Of a stretch of 30,664 nucleotides of DNA, positions 24,329 through 30,419 are shown piece after piece. The stretch comes from Actinomycetota bacterium (lineage in GTDB: Bacteria > Actinomycetota > Thermoleophilia > Gaiellales > Gaiellaceae), in assembly GCA_013696595.1 (NCBI GenBank), contig JACCYG010000056.1, positions 1 to 30,664 on the forward strand, written 5' to 3'. The notes under the pieces were generated by a model, which was given only the letters and a program-made list of their open reading frames with translations, was not told where the DNA came from and ran no database searches. Position 1 is the first letter of the stretch; each line of letters opens with the position of its first letter. Made by a program: the position numbers and the translations under genes.

Positions 24329-24505
24329 TCGCCTGCGACGAGGTTGCCCGCTGGTGGTTACAGACACGGCATGCCCTGCGCACCACCCGCGCGTTTTTCC
24401 GCGCTAGGCTGACGGCCAAGGGGGTAGCTCAAGGGGGGTCCCCCGGGGGCAACTCAGCGCGCGTGGCTTTAAAGGTGTCTCCGAGAGGGCTCGCCGGCTC
24501 GCGGG

Positions 24506-25324
24506 CTACGCGAGGCCTGCGGGACGGCCCTCCGCAAGCGCCCGCTCTCGGCCGCGCGCGAGCCACCAGTTCACCTCGGCGCCGAGCACGAGGATGTTCG
24601 CCATCAGATAGAGCCAGAAGAGAAGCAGGGCGAGGCCTCCGAACGCCTGCAGGGCAACGAAGCCCTCGGCCGCCCGGACGAAGACCGGGAGAATCTGAAA
24701 GCTCGCCTCGAGAAGGACGGCTGCGAAGAGCGCGCCGGGGAACGTCTCGCGCCAAGTCAGTTGCTCGTTCGTGAGCAGTGTGTAGACGCTCCACACGAAG
24801 ACGAGAACGAGCGCCGTCGAGATCGCGATCGCGTAGACGTACGCGAGGACGCCGCCCACGACGGCCGCATCCTTGGCCAGCCCGACCCCGACCGAGCTAA
24901 CCACGAGGGCGATGAACAGGAGGACGAGTGACCCGGCGGCGATTGCGAGCACGAAGAGCTTCTGACGCCAGAACGGCCGATTCGTCGTCCCGTACACGAT
25001 GTTGAACGCGGACTCGAGCACGCTGAAGAGGCCGAGCGCCGCCCAGACGAGCGCGATGCCTCCGATGATCCCGAGCTCGGTCGCGCTCTCCTGCACCTCG
25101 CGTACGACGGTGACGAGGCGGTCGATCGAGCTCGCCGGGAACGTGCGCCTGAGCTGTTCGATCAAGTAGCTCGATTCGCTCGGCTCGCCGGCCAGCGCGA
25201 TCAGCGAGAGGGCGAGAAAAAGGAGCGGCACGAATGCGAGCAGCGCGAAGTACGCGATCATCGCCGCGAGGTGCGTGCCGCGGTCCGCGAGGAACTTCTC
25301 GACAACCGGATAGGGACGGCGCAC
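24506..25324 (-). CDS. YihY / virulence factor BrkB family membrane protein
   Basis: HLAAMIAYFALLAFVPLL, LESAFNIVYG, TFPGALFAAVL, FGGLALLLFWLYLMANILVLGAEVN. GTG 25324 lies 6 nt after TACACT. Confidence 0.92.
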   Translation of the reverse strand: MRRPYPVVEKFLADRGTHLAAMIAYFALLAFVPLLFLALSLIALAGEPSESSYLIEQLRRTFPASSIDRLVTVVREVQESATELGIIGGIALVWAALGLFSVLESAFNIVYGTTNRPFWRQKLFVLAIAAGSLVLLFIALVVSSVGVGLAKDAAVVGGVLAYVYAIAISTALVLVFVWSVYTLLTNEQLTWRETFPGALFAAVLLEASFQILPVFVRAAEGFVALQAFGGLALLLFWLYLMANILVLGAEVNWWLARGRERALAEGRPAGLA

Positions 25325-25355
25325 CCGGCGAGTGTAGGTGCTAGGTTTGCCCGCC

Positions 25356-25793
25356 ATGGATGCGGCGCAGGCGCTGGCCGATCTGACGGAGATCTCGTCC
25401 CAGATCGAAGGCGCGGTTCTCGCCGAGGCGGACGGAAAGGTCCTCGCCTCGACCTTTTCCCAAGGAGTGCGCGGTGAGGAGGTGGCGCGGGCCGCCGCCG
25501 AGCTCGTCCGGGCCGCCGAGGGAACGCGACCGCAGGATGCCGTCGGGCTCGCTCAGATTCAGGCCGCCACACCGTCGGGGTCGGTGTTCGTCGTGCGGGA
25601 CGACGCACGCTTCATCGCCGCGATCACCGCGCCCCAGCCCACGGTCGGCCTCGTGTTCTACGACCTGAAGACATGCCTCCGGCTTGCTGCGGACGGCGCG
25701 GCAGAGCACACGGCCCACCGCGCGCGGGCGAAGAAGGCAGAAAACGGATCCTCGACGGCGAGGAAGAGCACGAAGAAGGGCTCGGATGCGTAA
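25356..25793 (+). CDS. Roadblock/LC7 (MglB-like) domain protein with a basic C-terminal tail
   Basis: ALADLTEISSQIEGAVLAEADGKVLAS...QIQAATPSGSVFVVR....IAAIT.PQPTVGLVFYDLKTCLR, an alpha-beta-beta-alpha-beta-beta-beta-alpha pattern. Confidence 0.75.
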   Translation: MDAAQALADLTEISSQIEGAVLAEADGKVLASTFSQGVRGEEVARAAAELVRAAEGTRPQDAVGLAQIQAATPSGSVFVVRDDARFIAAITAPQPTVGLVFYDLKTCLRLAADGAAEHTAHRARAKKAENGSSTARKSTKKGSDA

Positions 25794-25845
25794 GAGCCCC
25801 TTTCGAAACGAAGCGCTGAGCCGACGAGTCGTCATTCCGAAATGA
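25786..25845 (+). other. Putative 19-codon bridging ORF (MRKSPFRNEALSRRVVIPK*)
   Basis: The ATG overlaps the end of the roadblock gene (ATGCGTAA) and the TGA overlaps the ATG of the next gene (ATGA). GAAGGG precedes it. Confidence 0.35.
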
Positions 25846-26045
25846 GCTCTAAGACCGCAACGGCGGCCTTCGTGGCGGGTGCGACGGTCGCGACCGCGCT
25901 CTGGCGCCGGCGCCGCGAACGGAGGCGTGAGCACGTCGACCTGTATTTCGCGGACGGCTCCATGATCTCGCTCGCGGACGGCACTCCTGAGGCGGGCCGC
26001 CTTCTTCCGCTTGCACGCGACGTCCTGACGGCCGCGCGTCCGTGA
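25842..26045 (+). CDS. Small hypothetical protein (67 aa) with a hydrophobic anchor and poly-Arg stretch
   Basis: MSSKTATAAFVAGATVATALWRRRRERRREHVDLYFADGSMISL. The stop overlaps the pyrE GTG (GTGA). Confidence 0.7.
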   Translation: MSSKTATAAFVAGATVATALWRRRRERRREHVDLYFADGSMISLADGTPEAGRLLPLARDVLTAARP

Positions 26046-26575
26046 ACGACAACGAGCTCGCGAAGCTCCTCCGCACCCACGCGTATCTCGAGGGAGACTT
26101 CGTGCTCCGGTCGGGTCGACGCTCGCGCTACTACCTGGACAAGTACCGCTTCGAGACGGAGCCTGCGCTCCTCCGAGAGCTCGGCGACCGGATCGCCGCC
26201 CGTGCTCTCGACGCGAACGGCGAACGGCCCGACCGCCTCGCGGGCCCCGAGCTCGGAGGCGTCGCCCTTGCCGCAGCTGCTTCGCTCGCGTCGGGGCTTC
26301 CGTTCCTGATCGTGCGCAAGGAGGCGAAGGAGTACGGGACGGAGAAGCGCCTCGAGGGTGGGTTCGCCGCCGGCGAGCGCGTCTGTCTCGTCGAAGATGT
26401 GATCACGACGGGCGGCGCGGCCGTCTCGGCTGTGAAGGCTCTGCGCGAAGCCGGCCTCGAGTGTCGAAGTGCGGTCTGCGTCGTCGATCGTGAAGAGGGT
26501 GGAGCCGACGAACTCGCCCGCCATGGCGTCCGACTTTTCCCGCTCTTCCGCGCTTCTGACGTTCTCGAGGCGTGA
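26042..26575 (+). CDS. pyrE: Orotate phosphoribosyltransferase
   Basis: GDFVLRSGRRSRYYLDK, LAGPELGGV, VRKEAKEYGT..RLEG, VCLVEDVITTGGA (PRPP motif), VVDREEGG. Confidence 0.95.
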   Translation: MNDNELAKLLRTHAYLEGDFVLRSGRRSRYYLDKYRFETEPALLRELGDRIAARALDANGERPDRLAGPELGGVALAAAASLASGLPFLIVRKEAKEYGTEKRLEGGFAAGERVCLVEDVITTGGAAVSAVKALREAGLECRSAVCVVDREEGGADELARHGVRLFPLFRASDVLEA

Positions 26576-26597
26576 AAGTACCCGCAAACCCGCATCA

Positions 26598-26626
26598 TTG
26601 CGTCAGTTTCAGTGTGTTGTTAGGGT
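26598..26626 (+). promoter_or_regulatory. Sigma70/SigA-type promoter for the HU gene
   Basis: TTGCGT (26598-26603), 17 nt, TAGGGT (26621-26626), followed by a leader with a strong GAGGAGG RBS. Confidence 0.6.
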
Positions 26627-26669
26627 TCTGGGCTGGTCAGCGCCAAAACTGAATAGAGGAGGAGAGGGC

Positions 26670-26948
26670 ATGACAAAAGCTGAGTTCGTCGACCGAGTTG
26701 CCGACAAGAGCGGTCTTTCGAAGCGCGACGCTTCAAAGGCGGTCGACGCATTCCTCGAGTCGATCGAGGAATCACTGGTGCAGGGCGAGGCCGTCTCGTT
26801 TACCGGCTTCGGCAAGTTCTCACCGCAGCAGCGGAGCGCCCGCCAGGGGGTCAACCCCCGCACCGGCGAGAAAGTCCAGATCCAGGCGGCCACGGTTCCG
26901 AAGTTCTCGGCCGGGAGCGCGCTCAAGGCGGCGCTCAAGAACCGCTAG
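26670..26948 (+). CDS. hup: DNA-binding protein HU (92 aa)
   Basis: MTKAEFVDRVADKSGLSKRDASKAVDAFL..I..SL..GE.V.FTGFGKF....RSARQGVNPRTGEKVQIQA..VPKFSAGSALKAAL. Confidence 0.97.
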   Translation: MTKAEFVDRVADKSGLSKRDASKAVDAFLESIEESLVQGEAVSFTGFGKFSPQQRSARQGVNPRTGEKVQIQAATVPKFSAGSALKAALKNR

Positions 26949-26979
26949 GCAAGAACGTAACGCCCCCCTCCAACGAACG

Positions 26980-27011
26980 GAAGAGGGCCGCGCCAGCGGC
27001 CCTCTTCTTTT
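26980..27011 (+). terminator. Intrinsic terminator of hup
   Basis: GAAGAGGGCCGC-GCCA-GCGGCCCTCTTC-TTTT, a 12-bp perfect stem plus U tract. Confidence 0.9.
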
Positions 27012-27015
27012 GGCC

Positions 27016-27046
27016 GAGGGCGCGGGCGGGCAAGCCCGACCTACAG
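27016..27046 (-). repeat. GTAG-headed REP-like hairpin, copy 6
   Basis: Plus strand GAGGGCGCGGGCGGGC-AA-GCCCGAC-CTAC-AG. Shares the extended GAGGG(A)CGC flank with copy 4. Confidence 0.7.
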
Positions 27047-27047
27047 G

Positions 27048-27085
27048 TGGAGATCATAGCGAACATACGTTCGCTATGATCTCCA
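27048..27085. promoter_or_regulatory. LexA (SOS) box inside a 38-bp palindrome, overlapping a TATGAT -10
   Basis: TGGAGATCATAGCGAAC-ATAC-GTTCGCTATGATCTCCA. The core CGAAC-N4-GTTCG matches the Gram-positive/actinobacterial LexA consensus and lies directly upstream of a DNA-repair gene. Confidence 0.85.
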
Positions 27086-27086
27086 T

Positions 27087-28781
27087 GTGCAGCTCCGTCT
27101 GGATGCGGCCGACCGGCTGGTCGAGCTCGTCGAGGAACGTCGCGGCGCCGTCGCGGCCGAGGAAGCCGCCCAGGCGCTCTTCGCGCTCGCACGGCCGCCG
27201 GTCGGCCTGGCGCGCGGGCTCCTCGAGGACGTCGTCTCGTCGGACGCGCGTCTCGCTTGGCGAGGGTCGGCGGTCTCGCTGGCCGGCGGGGCGGGCGACG
27301 AGACTCCGCTCGAGGCCGCGACCTACGTCGTCGTCGACCTCGAGACGACCGGGCTTCGGCCCGGCCAGGCGGGGATCTGCGAGATCGGCGCCGTCCGCCT
27401 ACGCGGTCTGACGGCTGCCGGAACGTTTCAGACGTTCGCGAACCCACGGACGCCGCTTCCCGCCGCCGTCGCTCGGCTCACCGGCATCAAGGACGCGGAG
27501 CTCCGGCGCGCACCAGCTCCGGAAACCGCACTTCGACGCTTCCTCGCTTTCGCGGGCGACTGCGTTCTCGTCGCACACAACGCGCGTTTCGATCTCTCGT
27601 TTCTCGACCGGGAGGTCGAGCGCGCGCACGGACGACGTATCGCTGCGCCCGTCATCGACACCGTCCCGCTCGCGCGCGCGCTCCTTGCCGGGCGAGTCGC
27701 GCGCGCGAGTCTCGCCTCGCTCGCGCAGTTCTTCGGAACGTCGGTGCGTCCGTGTCACCGTGCGCTTCCGGACGCGCAGGCGACGGCCGAGATCCTCATC
27801 CACCTGATCGGCCTTGCGCAGGAACGCGGGGCCCGCACGGTCGGCGACCTCTCGGCTGTCGCTGCGCCGCGCGCACGCCGCGCGCACGCAAAGCGCTCGC
27901 TCGCCTTCGGCGCACCCACACGCCCGGGCGTCTATCTGTTCCGCGATCGGCACGACCAAGTGCTCTACGTCGGACGCGCGCGCGACCTGCGTGCGCGCCT
28001 TCGCTCGTACTTCCGGTCCGACCGCCAGCGGCCCGCGGTCGAAGGAGCGCTCCTCGCGGTCGAACGGATCGAGTGGCGCGTGCAAGGCTCGGAGCTCGAG
28101 GCGGCGCTCGAGGAGCTTCGGCTCATCCGTGAGCTGGGTCCGCCGGCGAACGCACGCAGCGCCAGGCCGGACCGCTACGTGTACTTCGCGCAACGCAGCG
28201 CCAGCCTCGTCGTAACGAGGACGCGGACCGAGCTTGGGCCGATACGCAGCCGCAGACGGGCGGAGCTCGCCGCGCGGGCTCTCGCCGGCGCGTCGCAGGC
28301 AGAGCTCGACGGACTGTCCCGGGGCGCCCCGCTCCCGCGTGTCCGGGCCCGCCTTCACGACCTGGCCGAGGCGCTTCGCTACGAGGATGCCGCGCGGCTC
28401 CGCGACCGGATCGCCGCGCTCGAGCGCGTGGTCGCGGACCTCGCGTCGCTCGAGCGGCTGCGCGCGGCTGAGCACTGTCTCCTCGCGCCGTCCTGCGAGC
28501 CGGGCTACACGCGGGCGTTCTTCGTCGCGGCGGGCCGCGTCGCGTCCGTCCGGAATGTTCCCGAGCACGCAGGCGCGGTCGTCGAGGTGGAAGCCGGTCT
28601 CGCGGCTGCGCGCACGGCGCAGGCAGCGGGAATCTCGTACGACCCGGAAGCCGCTGACGAGCTTCTCCTCGTCGGAACGTTTCTGCGCCGCCCGCCCCCG
28701 GAGCTCGAGATCGTCCCGCTCGAGTGCGAGCGAATCCTCACGGCCTGCGCCGAAGGCCGTCTGCGAACCGCTGTAGCCTAA
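27087..28781 (+). CDS. DEDD (DnaQ-like) 3'-5' exonuclease fused to UvrC-like GIY-YIG and UVR domains (Rv2191-like architecture)
   Basis: YVVVDLETTG, LVAHNARFDLSFL, HRALPDAQAT (DEDDh). PGVYLFRD....VLYVGRARDLRARLRSYF and ELEAALEELRLI (GIY-YIG). LAEALRYEDAARLRDRI (UVR). Confidence 0.92.
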   Translation: MQLRLDAADRLVELVEERRGAVAAEEAAQALFALARPPVGLARGLLEDVVSSDARLAWRGSAVSLAGGAGDETPLEAATYVVVDLETTGLRPGQAGICEIGAVRLRGLTAAGTFQTFANPRTPLPAAVARLTGIKDAELRRAPAPETALRRFLAFAGDCVLVAHNARFDLSFLDREVERAHGRRIAAPVIDTVPLARALLAGRVARASLASLAQFFGTSVRPCHRALPDAQATAEILIHLIGLAQERGARTVGDLSAVAAPRARRAHAKRSLAFGAPTRPGVYLFRDRHDQVLYVGRARDLRARLRSYFRSDRQRPAVEGALLAVERIEWRVQGSELEAALEELRLIRELGPPANARSARPDRYVYFAQRSASLVVTRTRTELGPIRSRRRAELAARALAGASQAELDGLSRGAPLPRVRARLHDLAEALRYEDAARLRDRIAALERVVADLASLERLRAAEHCLLAPSCEPGYTRAFFVAAGRVASVRNVPEHAGAVVEVEAGLAAARTAQAAGISYDPEAADELLLVGTFLRRPPPELEIVPLECERILTACAEGRLRTAVA

Positions 28782-28790
28782 AATTCGCTT

Positions 28791-29720
28791 ATGGAGCAAC
28801 AGGTCGACGCGGCCTCGCGGAGCGCGACCGGGGCGTTTGCCGACCGGGTGGCGGAAGCCGTCGACCGGAAACGGAGCCAGATCGTCGTCGGCCTCGACCC
28901 GCGCCCCGAGCTGCTGCCCGTCGAGCTGCGTGCCGGGACCCATCTCGGCCGCGCGGAGGCGGCGGACGCTTGTGCGCGCTTCTGCTTCGGACTCCTCGAC
29001 GCCGTGGCTCCGTACGTGATGGGTGCGAAGCCTCAGCTCGCGTTCTTCGAGGCGCTCGGTGCCGACGGAATCCGGGCTTTTGAAGACGTGTGCGAGTACG
29101 CGCGGAACGCGGGCCTGCTGGTCCTCGCCGACGGAAAGCGAGGTGATATTGGCTCGACTGCGCGGGCCTACGCTGACGCGTACCTCGAAAGCAGGAACGG
29201 GATGCGGCCGAAGGTCGACGCCCTGACCGTGAATCCGTATCTCGGCAGCGACTCTGTGGAGCCGTTCCTCGCCGCGTGCCGTCGATCCGGGACCGGTCTC
29301 TTCTGCCTCGTCAAGACGTCGAACGGAGGGAGTGCGGACGTGCAGGAGCTCGCGCTCTCGGACGGGCGCCGGCTCTGGCAGCACGTTGCCGCGCTCGTGG
29401 CGGAGTGGGGTGAGGATCTGGTCGGCGAGACGGGGCTCTCGAGCGTCGGCGCTGTTGTAGGCGCCACCTATCCGCGCGCGGTCACCGAGGCGAGGCGTCT
29501 GATGCCGAAGGCGATCCTCCTGCTTCCGGGCGTCGGTGCCCAGGGGGCGAGCCCTGCCGACGTCGCGCGCGCATTCACAAGCGGGCCCGCGAGCGCGCTC
29601 GTGCCGGTCTCGCGCTCGGTCATCTACGCGTTTCGCGTCGACGGCGCCGACTGGCGGAAGGCCTCGGCGGCCGAGGCCGCTCGTCTTCGCGACGAGGTCT
29701 GGGCGGCTTCGGGTTGGTGA
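28791..29720 (+). CDS. pyrF: Orotidine-5'-phosphate decarboxylase
   Basis: IVVGLDP, KPQLAFFEALG, DGKRGDIGSTARAY (DxK-x-GD), LTVNPYLG.DS, LVKTSN, GAVVGAT, LLLPGVGAQG, VSRSVIYA. Confidence 0.96.
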   Translation: MEQQVDAASRSATGAFADRVAEAVDRKRSQIVVGLDPRPELLPVELRAGTHLGRAEAADACARFCFGLLDAVAPYVMGAKPQLAFFEALGADGIRAFEDVCEYARNAGLLVLADGKRGDIGSTARAYADAYLESRNGMRPKVDALTVNPYLGSDSVEPFLAACRRSGTGLFCLVKTSNGGSADVQELALSDGRRLWQHVAALVAEWGEDLVGETGLSSVGAVVGATYPRAVTEARRLMPKAILLLPGVGAQGASPADVARAFTSGPASALVPVSRSVIYAFRVDGADWRKASAAEAARLRDEVWAASGW

Positions 29721-30079
29721 ACGGCGATCCCGCTGAATCGGGCCCGCGCGCCTGGGGCCCACGCCTCCTCGCACCACTCGCGTTCTTCACCGCGGCGACG
29801 ATCCTAGTGCTGATCATCCACAACTCGGTTACGTCCGAGAGCGAGGGCTCGACCACGCCCACGACCACATCGCCGACCACCACCGCAAGCGAGGCGGGGG
29901 CGACCGGCCCGACGACGACGCTCGGCACGCGACAGAAGCGGTTCTATCGGATCCGGGAGGGTGACACGCTCGAAGCGATCGCGCTTCGATTCGACACGAC
30001 CGTCGACGATCTCCTCGTGCTGAACCCAGCGATCGAACCCAACTCGCTCACGCCGGGTCGGCGGATCCGCGTCCGCTAG
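29717..30079 (+). CDS. Membrane-anchored LysM protein (TM helix, Thr/Pro linker, one LysM)
   Basis: LLAPLAFFTAATILVLII, TTPTTTSPTTT linker, FYRIREGDTLEAIALRFDTTVDDLLVLNP.I.PNSLTPGRRIRVR. Confidence 0.9.
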   Translation: MNGDPAESGPRAWGPRLLAPLAFFTAATILVLIIHNSVTSESEGSTTPTTTSPTTTASEAGATGPTTTLGTRQKRFYRIREGDTLEAIALRFDTTVDDLLVLNPAIEPNSLTPGRRIRVR

Positions 30080-30384
30080 TCCTCGCGCGCGAGCTTCTTG
30101 GCCGCGTGAACGCCCGCGAGCGCGAGCGTCATGAGCGGGTTCCCGCGCGAGCGAACGCAAACGACTCCGGCGCGCAACTCACGCTCTCGGCGCGAAATCA
30201 GGAGACTCCGCGGGGCGCTCCCGAGCGAGACGACGCGCTCCTGGCCCTCGCGCTCGGCTCCGCTCCAGACGAAAAACCGCGTGGGCCGAAGGTCGAAACC
30301 GCCGAGCGGCCCCAGCTGGACCTCGAGCGACCGCTCGACGCCGCGGACGCGGACAGGGCTCTCCTTGCGCTCGATCAGGGCCAC
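30076..30384 (-). CDS. Small hypothetical protein (~102 aa), beta-rich with a C-terminal helix
   Basis: VALIERKESPVRVRGVERSLEVQLGPLGGFDLRPTRFFVW...LMTLALAGVHAAKKLARED. TAGAAT lies 8 nt before GTG 30384. It fills the gap between the LysM and dac genes. Confidence 0.6.
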   Translation of the reverse strand: MALIERKESPVRVRGVERSLEVQLGPLGGFDLRPTRFFVWSGAEREGQERVVSLGSAPRSLLISRRERELRAGVVCVRSRGNPLMTLALAGVHAAKKLARED

Positions 30385-30419
30385 TGCCACCAATTCTAGT
30401 GTCGGTAGATTTGTCGCCC

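Noticed and set aside
24420-24465. G-quadruplex from the G runs
   Set aside because: Only three long G tracts, and the adjacent C runs would compete by Watson-Crick pairing. The region is kept only as part of the sRNA candidate.
24418-24485. tRNA-like start (GGGGG-TAGCTCAA, possible GCTC/GGGC D-stem)
   Set aside because: No anticodon stem-loop, no TTCGA T-arm and no matching acceptor stem or CCA.
29730-29739. CCGCTGAATC, resembling the 5' end of the c-di-AMP (ydaO) riboswitch near a LysM gene
   Set aside because: It lies inside the LysM coding sequence, and the downstream GGAACC, GGGG and CCCG...CAGCTAAC elements are missing.
27399-29777. 792-aa minus-strand ORF, the longest in the track
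   Set aside because: Antisense shadow of the DnaQ-UvrC fusion and pyrF, which share one frame (1704 nt apart). It is Arg/Pro/Gly-rich with no motifs, as expected from high-GC codon bias.
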